Part shown: piece after piece, positions 49,723-60,026 of the stretch
Numbering within the stretch: position 1 is the stretch's first letter
How the letters are laid out: every line of letters starts with the position of its first letter
DNA from: Candidatus Hodarchaeota archaeon
GTDB lineage: Archaea; Asgardarchaeota; Heimdallarchaeia; Hodarchaeales; Hodarchaeaceae
DNA: 64,000 bases
NCBI GenBank assembly: GCA_016839815.1
Contig: JAEOTM010000204.1
Coordinates: forward strand, 32,001 to 96,000
Direction of reading: 5' to 3'
Position numbers and translations under genes: made by a program
Notes under the pieces: generated by a model
Told to the model about the DNA's origin: nothing
Seen by the model: the letters and a program-made list of their open reading frames with translations, nothing else
Database searches by the model: none

Positions 49723-52533
49723 TCAGTCACGCTTAGTGTATATGAAAAGACTGAGTAGGGATATAAACACTAAAAAGAAAGACCAAGAGGGACTCCTTCG
49801 ACCAGAAGTAGTTGTGGTTGTCGAAGTGGTTGAGGAGTCTGGTGGAACGGTGCTAGATTCCGTTGTAGTCTTGAGAACATTCTGAATTGAAAAAACATCA
49901 TCAGAAATATCTTCACCTATCAATCCCTCAGAACAGGTAGCTATAATTTTGATCAAATAAGTTCCACCATCAGCAACACTCGTAGAATTCCACATGTAAC
50001 TAGCTGACATTAGACTGCTCCCCAATTTAAACCAAGTAACACCATTATCATAAGAAAGGTAGAGATCATAAGTAATTGTATGATTGAGTGAATCAACACC
50101 CTCAGTCCATTGGAATTGAACATTACCTGAAAGGATTTCTCCCCCATTAGGATAGATAATTTGTGGAGGTGAAAAACCATGAGATTTTGCTGTTATGCTA
50201 AAAATATTATCAGAAATATCAGCAGCAGTTAAACCATCTGAACAATTGGCTACAACCTTAATTAGATAATTTCCTTCATCCAAAAATAAAATATTCCAAC
50301 TATAAACATTTGAAACCAAATCAGACACAAGTAAACTCCAAGTAGCTCCATTATTAGAAGAATAATATATAGTATATAGCACTAAATGGTTCCATGAATC
50401 AGTGGCAGTATTCCAATGAACGGAAATCTCCCCAGACAGGATTTCACCACCATTAGGATAGAGGACATGAGGTATGGACAATACATGCTTCAGATTCTCA
50501 ATTAAGAAAGGACCATCAGAAAAATCAGTCGTGATTAATCCTTCAGAGCAATTGGCAATAACTTGAATAAGATATTCAGAACCATCAGCGACTGTATTTG
50601 TATCCCAATCATAAGTGGTCACTGATAGACCAGTCTGAAGTAAATTCCATGAAAAACCATTGTCAGAAGAATAGAAAAGGGTATAGCTAATGTTGTGATC
50701 CCAGGAATCAATAGACATCGCCCATTGAATCGTAATCATTCCTGATAAGATTTCTCCTCCATTGGGATTAATCAAAACGGGCGTTGAAACCTTATGTACA
50801 AATAGAAGATAAGGAAGCGTCAATGGGTAGAGATCCTGATTGTTGGCAGATCCACCAATATCATATGGTTGATCCACTATCCGATCTGAATCATTATCAG
50901 GAGAAGTCCAAGCGTTCCAGTAGTTATACGAGAAAATATTCTTCAAGGTAGGATTCGTTTGATCATCAAAAGCTTGAGAATTACCGAGATTATTGAAAAG
51001 AAAATCATTTCGTTCAATGTGGTTATGATTTGAATCATAACAGTAAATAGATTCAAAAGAAGAGTTCTGGTACAGGTTCAACATCACTGTATTGTTATTT
51101 GCTTGACCAATAAGCATACCCCACCCAAGAGAACGAGTAATTGAATTTTGGGAGAAATTATTTTGATGCGAGCCCCAAACATACACACTGGTATCTTCAC
51201 ACTCAATGATTGTATTCTCGAAAATAGAGTTGTTATGGGAATAAACTATGTAAAGGCCTATAGAAATAGGTCGATAGAAAATATTCCCTTGGATAATGCT
51301 CATATGTGTATTATAAAGATAGATACCGTTATAATCAGCATTAGAAACAGTATTATTAGTAATAGTCATGTTAGTACAATATATGAATTGTAAAGCACTT
51401 GTAAGATTAAAAAAATTCTGATCAGAGACTTCCATAAGCGTACAATTAACTAAGATTACCTGTCCAGCATCAGATGGAACAACCCCTCCATTTATATGTT
51501 GCCAAAAAATGAGGGGACGGCTATTAATCCAATTATTTTCTACCTGGGTTTGTAGATAATCCGTTAGAGTATCTCCAGAGATATGAATCCCTAAAACAGC
51601 TAGATGATTATCAATCAGAGTATTATTAGGAGCAGTTTGAAGAAAAATATTCCGTGCTGTTTCATTCAGAGTATTATTGATTAAACGGTTGGAATATGAG
51701 GAGGTAATCCGAATACCATTATCACCAATATTCCCGAACATATTATGAGTAATATTATTGGTATTGGCATTAGACGATAAATAGATACCTTTTCCTTGAT
51801 CTACAATCACATTATTAGAAACTAAATTATCTTGAGAATCCCAAAGAGAAATTCCTTCACGAGAGGAATTGAGGAGAGAATTGTAAGTAAGAGTATTATT
51901 ATGGGAACTACTAAGATAAATTCCTCCATACCGATTATGAGAAATATTATTGTAGGAAATATCAAGAGAACCTGAATTACCAATGCTAAAGGCGATGTGA
52001 TCATGGCCTATGATCCGATTGTGGGTAAAATTACTAGTAAAACAGGAAGACAGAACAATCGCATCCCCTTGTCCCACAAGGCCTTTGCTTCTTTGGATGG
52101 TATTATTAAAAACAACCGCATTCGTGACATTAGAAAAGAGAATGCCAAATTTGCCACGATCCAGAAAGCAGTCACCTATAGTGAAATAAAGATTAGTATT
52201 ACGAATTTCAATTAGAGTATCCGCCGAAGATCCCGTAATGTTATAATTAGTAATTTGATAGGGGGAAGCTACTGAGCCATTTCCAGGCCAAGATTCAGAG
52301 GTAGCAGTCGAAATGAATGCAGAATTGCTGTCGATGAAAATTGAGCTATGGGTCAGATAGGAAAACATAGGAACAGCAAAATTCCTAATAGGTGATAATG
52401 GTTCGGATGCTAGAAGATGTGTTTGAGGGGGTACAAAAACATACCACGTAAAAAGGCCTGAAGACACTAAGATATATATTAAGATTATAACATTCAATTT
52501 TATATTTATTTCTGGTTTTTTACTTAATTTCAT
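49723..52533 (-). CDS. NosD/parallel beta-helix surface protein with three PNGGE Ig-like repeats and C-terminal anchor
   Basis: WPGNGSVASPYQI, many GIYL.SS.NN.I repeats, three PNGGEILSG units, Thr tract, SPSW-TM. Start moved to MKLSKK (52533) because the 52713 start lies inside repeat R4. Confidence 0.88.
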   Translation of the reverse strand: MKLSKKPEINIKLNVIILIYILVSSGLFTWYVFVPPQTHLLASEPLSPIRNFAVPMFSYLTHSSIFIDSNSAFISTATSESWPGNGSVASPYQITNYNITGSSADTLIEIRNTNLYFTIGDCFLDRGKFGILFSNVTNAVVFNNTIQRSKGLVGQGDAIVLSSCFTSNFTHNRIIGHDHIAFSIGNSGSLDISYNNISHNRYGGIYLSSSHNNTLTYNSLLNSSREGISLWDSQDNLVSNNVIVDQGKGIYLSSNANTNNITHNMFGNIGDNGIRITSSYSNRLINNTLNETARNIFLQTAPNNTLIDNHLAVLGIHISGDTLTDYLQTQVENNWINSRPLIFWQHINGGVVPSDAGQVILVNCTLMEVSDQNFFNLTSALQFIYCTNMTITNNTVSNADYNGIYLYNTHMSIIQGNIFYRPISIGLYIVYSHNNSIFENTIIECEDTSVYVWGSHQNNFSQNSITRSLGWGMLIGQANNNTVMLNLYQNSSFESIYCYDSNHNHIERNDFLFNNLGNSQAFDDQTNPTLKNIFSYNYWNAWTSPDNDSDRIVDQPYDIGGSANNQDLYPLTLPYLLFVHKVSTPVLINPNGGEILSGMITIQWAMSIDSWDHNISYTLFYSSDNGFSWNLLQTGLSVTTYDWDTNTVADGSEYLIQVIANCSEGLITTDFSDGPFLIENLKHVLSIPHVLYPNGGEILSGEISVHWNTATDSWNHLVLYTIYYSSNNGATWSLLVSDLVSNVYSWNILFLDEGNYLIKVVANCSDGLTAADISDNIFSITAKSHGFSPPQIIYPNGGEILSGNVQFQWTEGVDSLNHTITYDLYLSYDNGVTWFKLGSSLMSASYMWNSTSVADGGTYLIKIIATCSEGLIGEDISDDVFSIQNVLKTTTESSTVPPDSSTTSTTTTTSGRRSPSWSFFLVFISLLSLFIYTKRD

Positions 52534-52666
52534 TGATGTCAAACCGATTAGAGTGAATTTCCGAGGATTTGTACGACTCACAAATCTGATCACCTTAATG
52601 ATAGGGTTCACTCCTTTATAAAGCTTTGAAGAGTGCAAAGAAATAAAAACAATCACAGCCACCAAA

Positions 52667-52804
52667 AGAAGAAACCCACCAGACATACGACCAAAAAACG
52701 ATTCTAGACACATCTTACGACTCTTTAAGACTTTTTTTTAGAAAAAACGAGAGAACTGACCCTTTCCACATAATTCTAAAATTTATAGCCCTTGTGCGAG
52801 GAGT
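52667..52804 (+). repeat. Dispersed repeat copy R4 (full)
   Basis: cccaccagacatacgacca...gactctttaag...aaaaaacgagagaactgaccctttccac...cccttgtgcgaggagt. Confidence 0.9.
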
Positions 52805-53030
52805 AGGAAGATTGGGGAGAACAAAAGTTAGGATACTGCGTTTATAACTGCAAGGACCTCACGGAAGTATTCAAGAAGATCAATCTTTTCCTCAAGCGCT
52901 TCGTTGAGTAACCTCTCCACCATTTTAATCGATCCACTCATTTTAATTGGTTTAAATATCCACCTCACTGGATAACAAACGTCATATACTTGAAGTTCCA
53001 AATTATACTAGTCAGATTGAGGTAAATAAA

Positions 53031-54113
53031 ATGACTGGACAAGACGTTTACCAACGCCTTCGTGAACATCTACACAATCTTCCTGTAGGTTTTCCCAAAA
53101 CCGATTCAGGAGTTGAAATACGGATTCTCGAAAGACTTTTCACCAAGGAAGAAGCTGAAATGGCATGTCACCTTTCACCATTTGTAGCAACAGCTGAGGA
53201 TATCGCAGAGGAAATTGGACAAAACCCAGAAAACGTAGAATCCCTTCTAGAGCAGATGAGTAGGAAAGGATTAATATATAATTCTCGTAAAGGAGGAAGG
53301 ACTACATATCGAGCAAGTTGGTTCTTTGTAGGTATTTTTGAACATCAGATCAATCGAATGACTAAGGAATTTGTGGATGATTTCGATCAGTATCTGGAGG
53401 ATGGATTCCGTGATGAACTACTTTCTTATGAAACGCAACAACTGCGAGTGGTGCCAGTTAATAAGGCGATAGATGCAACAAAGCAAGTAGCCACATATGA
53501 AGATGCCCGTGAGTTGATTAAACAACAAAGTAAAATCGCGGTTCTAAATTGCATCTGTAGGCAAAAGAAGGATCTGCAAGGGGGGTCGTGTTCCCGTCAC
53601 GAGGAGCGAGAAATCTGTCTTGCGTTTTCAAGTGGGGCATATTACTTCATGGAACATGGTTTGGGTCGAGAAATTAAACAAGAAGAAGCATTAGAACTTT
53701 TAACCTTCGCAGAGGAAAAAGGGCTTGTTATAAATCCGGGAAATGCCCAAAAAACATTTTCGTTGTGTTTGTGCTGTGGGGATTGTTGTGAATTTCTTGG
53801 ACTCCTAAAAACGTACCCAACTCCCAGTTCATTAATAGGGAGTAATTATTTTGCGCAAGTAGATAGTGATTTGTGTTCAGGCTGTGAGACTTGTGTAGAT
53901 CGTTGTCAAATGGACGCTATCGCTATAATAGAAGATATCTCTACTGTTAATCTTGATCGGTGTATAGGCTGTGGGCTATGTGTTACAACATGTCCAGAAG
54001 AAGCTTTGACTCTCCAACGTAAAGCAGAAAAAGAACAGGTAGTTCCACCAGCAACTATTAATGAACTTTATATGAAAATTGGAACAGAAAGGTTACAGCG
54101 TAATTCTATGTAA
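53031..54113 (+). CDS. 4Fe-4S binding protein with N-terminal wHTH-like domain
   Basis: YQRLREHL..LPVGFPKTDSGVEIRIL, CICR, LCLCCGDCC, CSGCETCVDRC, CIGCGLCVTTCP. Confidence 0.9.
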   Translation: MTGQDVYQRLREHLHNLPVGFPKTDSGVEIRILERLFTKEEAEMACHLSPFVATAEDIAEEIGQNPENVESLLEQMSRKGLIYNSRKGGRTTYRASWFFVGIFEHQINRMTKEFVDDFDQYLEDGFRDELLSYETQQLRVVPVNKAIDATKQVATYEDARELIKQQSKIAVLNCICRQKKDLQGGSCSRHEEREICLAFSSGAYYFMEHGLGREIKQEEALELLTFAEEKGLVINPGNAQKTFSLCLCCGDCCEFLGLLKTYPTPSSLIGSNYFAQVDSDLCSGCETCVDRCQMDAIAIIEDISTVNLDRCIGCGLCVTTCPEEALTLQRKAEKEQVVPPATINELYMKIGTERLQRNSM

Positions 54114-54274
54114 TGAAATTTACAAATGATCAATATTGAAAACGAGAGGACGGATCCTTTCCACAATTCTCCTGAGAAATAGCCCATCTGCGATTAATTC
54201 TAAGGAGTATACTAGATCTGGAATCAAGAACTTTATATAAAGAAAATCCTGTATTAATGTGAGGAGTTCTACTC

Positions 54275-54820
54275 TTGACTTCAGAAGCTTTTCTTTCCCC
54301 CCGAGATTTACAGAAAGAACAATTGATAGGTTGGGCATTGTTTCTTATAGGAAGTATATCGGCTATTTTGCTGATACTTCTATTTTGGGAGTTAGTAAAA
54401 ACTGACAATGCTTTTATTGGAACATTGTTGCTAGGGGGTATTGTTTTTGGATGGAGTGTGAGTTCTTATATTTTCAAAGAAGCAAAATTTCTCTTCGATG
54501 TGAGACTTTCACCTGAATCCCTTTTAATAGAAAAGATTTACACTAATTCAGAAAAGAAGAGTCTGCAATACGATTGGGTGGCCATTAAAAACATAGTTTT
54601 AGTAGAAGAGTTTAATTTTAGGACCTTCTCAGGATATAAATTGAAATTGTCCTTTATTTTAGATTCTGGAAAAGTTTCAGAAGAGGAAGAGTTTTCTTTG
54701 CGTATGTACGATAGAAGCTATGAAAAACAGAGAGAATTGTACAATCGAATTAGTTCTTTCTGGATGCTTGCAAGCAACGAGATGACTGATAATTTCCACA
54801 CAGTTAGTCCAAATTATTAA
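54275..54820 (+). CDS. Two-TM membrane hypothetical protein
   Basis: Two hydrophobic helices followed by a soluble domain. GAGGAG RBS before the TTG. Confidence 0.65.
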   Translation: MTSEAFLSPRDLQKEQLIGWALFLIGSISAILLILLFWELVKTDNAFIGTLLLGGIVFGWSVSSYIFKEAKFLFDVRLSPESLLIEKIYTNSEKKSLQYDWVAIKNIVLVEEFNFRTFSGYKLKLSFILDSGKVSEEEEFSLRMYDRSYEKQRELYNRISSFWMLASNEMTDNFHTVSPNY

Positions 54821-55364
54821 AAAACTGACCATACATACTCGGGTTGGCCCAGTGCCACAAAAGAGCAAAGGCTTTCCTTACTTCAAAATATGCTTCTCTA
54901 TATTTCTCTGAATCAATTTCTTTAGGGATATGTTGACGAAAGATTGTTAGCAGTTCAAAAACATCCGTTTTTAGAGGTATAAGGTCTACTTCTTTTCTTA
55001 TTGGACTCATATTTGTCTCAAGAATTATGTGATCCTTATCTTTCACTTTCAGATCATACTCTTCGTAAGCCCCGATTTGCCATAAATAGCGCTTTACAAA
55101 GAATTGAATACCTTCTAACCGCTCGGAAACTGCGGTTAATAAATCCATGTCATATGTATGAAGTGCATTCTTAAATAGTCCATCCCTCATCATGGAAAAA
55201 AAATAAACAAAACCTAGTTTTCCAACAATCAGCGCAAAATCAGGAAATCTGGAGAGGGTGTTGATCAATGCGATTGTTACCTCTTCTTGATCATATATTC
55301 TTCGAATCGTGGACTTACACCCCTTACAAATGAGCAGAATCTCTCTCATTCCTCCATCACGCAT
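54804..55364 (-). CDS. Hypothetical protein with N-terminal CxxC
   Basis: 186-aa ORF containing LICKGCK. Confidence 0.6.
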   Translation of the reverse strand: MRDGGMREILLICKGCKSTIRRIYDQEEVTIALINTLSRFPDFALIVGKLGFVYFFSMMRDGLFKNALHTYDMDLLTAVSERLEGIQFFVKRYLWQIGAYEEYDLKVKDKDHIILETNMSPIRKEVDLIPLKTDVFELLTIFRQHIPKEIDSEKYREAYFEVRKAFALLWHWANPSMYGQFFNNLD

Positions 55365-55541
55365 TTACCCCCTCTTAATCTGTAGATCTTCGGTATTACA
55401 ACTTGAACAGCTAAAGTGAATTGAATAATAAATATCGATTACCTGCTCAGGTTCAAAAGAGGAAAGACTTATTTCAGCAAATCTATTCTTATACCCATAA
55501 ATGCTTTTAAATTTGATTTTAATGTCAGACAATGTATCCAC
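55365..55541 (-). CDS. Small 58-aa protein with CSSC, absent from the ORF track
   Basis: Runs from GTG 55541 to TAA 55365, directly abutting the next ATG at 55364. Confidence 0.45.
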   Translation of the reverse strand: MDTLSDIKIKFKSIYGYKNRFAEISLSSFEPEQVIDIYYSIHFSCSSCNTEDLQIKRG

Positions 55542-55769
55542 TCAATTTTTTATCGATAGATCATTAGCTTTCATATTCAGAACCGTTTTTCTTATGTATA
55601 AATCTCTGTATGTTTTCAAATTTAAACGAGTACGATAGTTCTTCAGCTCGAAAGTCAACTTGAAAAATGAGGAGAGAAAGAGTGAACAAAATATACGATC
55701 CGTCTTGAATCTCTAGAATTCAAGAATTATTCATTCGCTATCGCTTATGAAAGGCTGTAGACTCCAAAA

Positions 55770-57284
55770 ATGTCCAGAATAAAAAAGAGACTTGCATTAT
55801 CACAAGAAAAACGGCGAAAATTCATCCAACAGCGGTTTAGCCGTCAAAAGATCAAAGAAAAAACCAAACAACACCTGGTACTAAAGATCTTTCTTGGGAT
55901 TGCCCTGCTGCTGTTTAGTGGGCTGTTTATAATTCTACATACCTACGATGCGTATCTCGGTAATATAATCCTATTTTCCCTAATATTTGTCATGACGTTT
56001 ATCCTAGTCGCTAGATATCACCATGTTCAAATCACAATTATTCTAATTTCATGTTTAATTGCCCTTTTTATGGCAGCACTATTATTGGAAGGATTTGAAT
56101 GGCATAATGTGGTTGACCATTATATGGAATGGGAAGTACTCGCAGTAGTATTTGGTATGTCTCTATTGGTCGAATCTACAGCTGAAACTGGGCTTTTTGA
56201 TTGGGTTATCATCCGTATGCTCAAAATATCAAAGGGAGAAGTCTATCCTCTCTTCATTATGACATTCCTATTAACTTTAGCCTTATCTACCGTATTAGCA
56301 AATGTAACAGCCATGATCCTAATCAGCTCAATGATATTTACTCTCGCAAATGCATTGGATTATGATCCGACTCCATTCATACTTTCAGCTGTTCTCGCTA
56401 CTGATGTAGCTGGAATGGCCACATTAGTCTCTTCCTTACCCGCAATTCTGGTAGGAACAACGGCAGGAATAGGATTCATTGATTTCTTATTAATTTCTTT
56501 ACCTTTTGTGTTAGTTTCTATCCCCATTTGCATTTTTTACTTGAACCGATTCTTTCCCCCAGAGAAAATCCCCTTACGAAGTTTAGAGGATACTCCTGAC
56601 GTCATTGATAGAGAAATGATTCTATCACTAGATCCTTGGGGAGTTATTGAAGAGAAGAGACGATTTTATTTAGCCGCATTTTCTTTAGGAGTCACTATTG
56701 TAGGATTTGCTCTTGCACAATTCCTATCAATTCCCCTTGGAGTAGTTGCAATATCTGGGGGAGTTATAGCGATGATTTTAACCCAATCAGAAGAAAATAG
56801 GCTTCTATCCCAATTAAATTGGAGTACCCTGCTCTTTTTTGGAGGATTGTTCATCCTAGTGGGAGTCCTAGAGGAAACCAATGTGTTAAATGACCTTGCG
56901 AAGTGGCTTGAGAATATTTCGGGAGGGGATTTACTTCTTTCAGGAATTTTGATCCTTCTGATTACAGCAATTTTCAGTGGGGTTCTTGATAATATTCCAG
57001 TTACTGCTGCACTTTTGCCGATAATCACAGACATGAATATCATTCATGAAACAACTAATCCGCGCTATCTATGGTTTATTTTGGTCTTTTCTGGTGCATT
57101 AGGAGGCGGGTGGACTCCTTTCGGATCTGCCGCAGGAATTGTAGCCGTTTCATTATTAGCTAGGGAAGGAAAACCATTAAATTTCGGACAATTTCTACGC
57201 TGCTTTATTCCAATCTCAGCTCTGTTAGTAGTAATTGCTGGGGTTTATCTTTCAGTCCTTGCATTATTTTTTGGTATTATTTAA
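55770..57284 (+). CDS. SLC13/ArsB/NhaD-family transporter
   Basis: LSTVLANVT, WSTLLFFGGLFILVG.LE, SGVLDNIPVT, LGGGWTPFGSAAG. Confidence 0.92.
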   Translation: MSRIKKRLALSQEKRRKFIQQRFSRQKIKEKTKQHLVLKIFLGIALLLFSGLFIILHTYDAYLGNIILFSLIFVMTFILVARYHHVQITIILISCLIALFMAALLLEGFEWHNVVDHYMEWEVLAVVFGMSLLVESTAETGLFDWVIIRMLKISKGEVYPLFIMTFLLTLALSTVLANVTAMILISSMIFTLANALDYDPTPFILSAVLATDVAGMATLVSSLPAILVGTTAGIGFIDFLLISLPFVLVSIPICIFYLNRFFPPEKIPLRSLEDTPDVIDREMILSLDPWGVIEEKRRFYLAAFSLGVTIVGFALAQFLSIPLGVVAISGGVIAMILTQSEENRLLSQLNWSTLLFFGGLFILVGVLEETNVLNDLAKWLENISGGDLLLSGILILLITAIFSGVLDNIPVTAALLPIITDMNIIHETTNPRYLWFILVFSGALGGGWTPFGSAAGIVAVSLLAREGKPLNFGQFLRCFIPISALLVVIAGVYLSVLALFFGII

Positions 57285-57311
57285 ACCAAGGGCTATTTTC
57301 GAGTTATTTTC

Positions 57312-57444
57312 AAGTGAACACCAGATAGAAGACCAGAAAGCTCCAGAACACGCTCACTTTGAATCCTGAAAGCTTTTTCTCCTAAAAGACAAGAGGACTG
57401 CCCCTTTCCACTTTATCTAGGAAAATAGCCTGTATGTGAGGAGT
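57312..57444 (+). repeat. Dispersed repeat copy R5 (full)
   Basis: aagtgaacaccagatagaagaccagaa...gaatcctgaaag...caagaggactgcccctttccac...gcctgtatgtgaggagt. Confidence 0.88.
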
Positions 57445-57732
57445 GGCCGCTGGCTAAGCCTGTTGAAAAAACACCACGTGAATTTCTTTGAAGAACAATG
57501 TCTCTCAACCTTCCCCTGAGCGAGATCCAATGAATTTTCTCACTGAAAATTATGAAAATAATCACGATTGGACCAATTATATGAAAGAACCTCTTGAGTC
57601 AAACTGAAAAAGGTGGCTGAGAAGTTTTAAAGGAAATTGTATTCTTCAAAAACAATATATAGCTCTCGAGTGAAAATATAGAAATAAGTAGTACAATATC
57701 GCTGAAGCGAGTAGATAAAAAGAGGGAAAAAT

Positions 57733-58365
57733 ATGAGGAGGAATATGTTAAGCGGAACGAAAATCCGAATAAAAATCGTACTGATTGGAGATGGAGGGGT
57801 TGGAAAAACCACTCTTCGACGCGCATGGTTAGGAGAAGAGTTTAAAACAAAATATCTCATGACAATTGGCGCAGATTTTGCATCCCAAGAGGTAACTTAC
57901 TATCATTCTCCAACAAAATCGACTTATAATATCAAATTTCAAGTGTGGGATTTAGCTGGACAACCGATGTTTAAGACAGTACGAGAGCTGTATTACCGGG
58001 GTGCAGTGGGAGCATTGTGCTTTTTTGATATAACTAATCAGGACTCTTATATGAACTTGGTCAAGTGGATTCAAAATTACTGGGACTTAAATGGCATGGG
58101 GAAAAGACCCCTACTCATTGTCGGGGCAAAATGTGATCTTCGGGGCAATCCTGCATTTCCAAATCAGGTGTCTGCCCACTATGGTAAAGAATATGCTGCA
58201 GAACTATCCAAAACACTAAAAGATAAATTAGGGTTTTCTGTTCATTATGTAGAAACCTCCGCAAAAGAAAACATCAATGTGGACGACGTATTCAGGATGT
58301 TGGCCGGAGAAATTATTTCTAGCTACTCCTTTCAGGAAAAAAAGGAAGAAACGCTTACTCAGTAA
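57733..58365 (+). CDS. Rab-like small GTPase, paralog B
   Basis: Same 210-aa length as paralog A, with about 35 substitutions by manual count (~83% identity). G4 is AKCD. Confidence 0.95.
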   Translation: MRRNMLSGTKIRIKIVLIGDGGVGKTTLRRAWLGEEFKTKYLMTIGADFASQEVTYYHSPTKSTYNIKFQVWDLAGQPMFKTVRELYYRGAVGALCFFDITNQDSYMNLVKWIQNYWDLNGMGKRPLLIVGAKCDLRGNPAFPNQVSAHYGKEYAAELSKTLKDKLGFSVHYVETSAKENINVDDVFRMLAGEIISSYSFQEKKEETLTQ

Positions 58366-58399
58366 TTTTTTTACCTTTACTCATTGACTGTTCAAAAAA

Positions 58400-58813
58400 T
58401 CATTGGATAATTTGGAAACCAGCCTGTTTAAAATGGGAATCATAGGTAAAGGCAATATCTATGTTTAAAGCCTCCATAACGATAAAACTCATACAATCAG
58501 TAAAACTAAAGGTTTTATCTTGATGTAGCTTGAAAAAATCCCACCCTTTTTCTTCTAGTGCCCCTTGTATCCAGATAATTCGGATGTTAGGTGATTTTCT
58601 AATAGATTCTCCAATTTGAATGACTTCCTTATGAGCCACACGACCCCGTAACAGCGTGAAAAGCTCATCAAGGATGTAATTCGTGGTTACCATCTTCCCA
58701 TATGTTCCCTCCTGGATTTGACTTTCAATAATGAGAGCAGAAGAATAATTGATATCATTAGCCACTTTGGAAGCAAAAAATGCACCCGTATCAACAAAAA
58801 TCATTTTATACAC
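58400..58813 (-). CDS. vapC: PIN-domain toxin
   Basis: IFVDTGAF, NYILDE, SFTDCMSFIVM, AFTYDSHF. Confidence 0.93.
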   Translation of the reverse strand: MYKMIFVDTGAFFASKVANDINYSSALIIESQIQEGTYGKMVTTNYILDELFTLLRGRVAHKEVIQIGESIRKSPNIRIIWIQGALEEKGWDFFKLHQDKTFSFTDCMSFIVMEALNIDIAFTYDSHFKQAGFQIIQ

Positions 58814-58837
58814 CTTAAACTCGAAAATAATAGAAAC

Positions 58838-59080
58838 TTAGTCAACTTTGTAGATAATTTGATCTACTTCTTGAGAGGCCTTCTCAACGGTAACAAATGA
58901 TTTAGTTTTCAAAGAAAAATAGGGATCATTTGCCTCAATCTGGTCACTCTTGAGAAGAGCAAGAATCGCTATTTTTACTGCTTCTTTGATGGACAGATCA
59001 TGTTGAGTCGCATAATCACGAAGGATCGCATGTTCCTCTGGAGACAGGGTGGTTTGAACCACCTTTTCACGAGATGTCAT
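58838..59080 (-). CDS. Putative RHH-type antitoxin
   Basis: VVQTTLSPEEH...LSIKEAVK, directly upstream of vapC. Confidence 0.8.
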   Translation of the reverse strand: MTSREKVVQTTLSPEEHAILRDYATQHDLSIKEAVKIAILALLKSDQIEANDPYFSLKTKSFVTVEKASQEVDQIIYKVD

Positions 59081-59084
59081 CAGT

Positions 59085-59117
59085 CATATCTCATATCACA
59101 TGAAACATATCTCATAT
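59085..59117 (-). promoter_or_regulatory. Putative TA operator: direct repeat catatctcatat x2
   Basis: Copies at 59085-59096 and 59106-59117. An inverted copy atatgagatat lies at about 59305. Confidence 0.55.
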
Positions 59118-59144
59118 ATATATCTTATCCTTTCAATTCAGTTA

Positions 59145-59237
59145 TGACTCCTTAAGGCTTTATCTTTTAGAAAACGAGAGGACTGACACTTTCCACACTA
59201 AACAAAGATTAGTAGCCTGTGGGCGATTCGTGGGAGT
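59145..59237 (+). repeat. Dispersed repeat copy R6 (lacks block A)
   Basis: tgactccttaagg...aaaacgagaggactgacactttccac...gcctgtgggcga...gggagt. Confidence 0.9.
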
Positions 59238-59376
59238 GCGTAGAACTACACCGAACACTCGTTTGTATTCCCTTGATTCTTGGTTATGTTTCCCAAGAGT
59301 CCAGATATGAGATATTGAAGCGCTAAGCAGAAAACTTAAATACTTGCAAAACCATGAAATAGCTAAGTGATGTGAA

Positions 59377-59619
59377 TTGACACTTGATGGATTAGTAAAA
59401 GTGACAAATCGGGGGATGATAACTATTCCAGCTAACCTTCGAAAAAAATATGGGCTTAAGGATGGTGATCAGGTAATAGTTATGGAGGATGAAGGAATGT
59501 TGAGAATTATTCCAATAGAATCTATTGTAAGTCTTCAGAATAGATCATTAACCACAAGAGAGATGATGGAAATTCTGATAAAATCCAGAGAAGACGAACT
59601 GGAGCTAGAAGATAGATGA
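59377..59619 (+). CDS. AbrB/MazE/SpoVT-family antitoxin
   Basis: KVTNRGMITIPANLRKKYGLKDGD. Confidence 0.93.
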   Translation: MTLDGLVKVTNRGMITIPANLRKKYGLKDGDQVIVMEDEGMLRIIPIESIVSLQNRSLTTREMMEILIKSREDELELEDR

Positions 59620-60026
59620 AACAGAAAATCTGCCTTGATACAGGACCCCTGACATTACATTTTACCAGAGATGAACCAAAAGAAATAACCGATTTGATGC
59701 GAGAAATTAAACATCAAAAAACTGAAGCTCATGTCATGTCACCTATCTTAGTAGAAGTCTTTAACCACTTATGCATAGCAAAAGGAAAATCGTTCGCAGA
59801 AGCCAGTATAAGTGCTTTACAATTAAATTATCCCCTCATATTTGTACCCATCACGAATGATACCCTCCTGAAAGCTGGAGGATTAAAATGCCAATATCGT
59901 CGCATTCTATCGTACTTTGATAGTCTAGTCATCGCCTATGCATTAAATGAGAAACTGGTACTGCATACCACCGAAAAAAACTTACCCACAATTCAGAATC
60001 TCAAAATAAGAACCTATAATTACTAA
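59616..60026 (+). CDS. vapC: PIN-domain toxin
   Basis: CLDTGPL, ILVEV, LSYFDSLVIAYA, LHTTE. ATGA overlap with the antitoxin. Confidence 0.88.
   Translation: MKQKICLDTGPLTLHFTRDEPKEITDLMREIKHQKTEAHVMSPILVEVFNHLCIAKGKSFAEASISALQLNYPLIFVPITNDTLLKAGGLKCQYRRILSYFDSLVIAYALNEKLVLHTTEKNLPTIQNLKIRTYNY

Noticed and set aside
52534-52713. 60-aa N-terminal extension of the beta-helix ORF
   Set aside because: It overlaps repeat R4 and the likely promoter. MKLSKK at 52533 gives a normal signal/anchor N-terminus.
55542-55574. In-frame MKANDLSIKN-TGA before the 58-aa ORF, as possible selenocysteine or readthrough
   Set aside because: There is no Cys-like context or SECIS evidence, and a GTG start follows directly.
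47917-57860. Similar antisense ORFs 47917-48114 and 57599-57826
   Set aside because: They are shadows of the duplicated GTPase genes.
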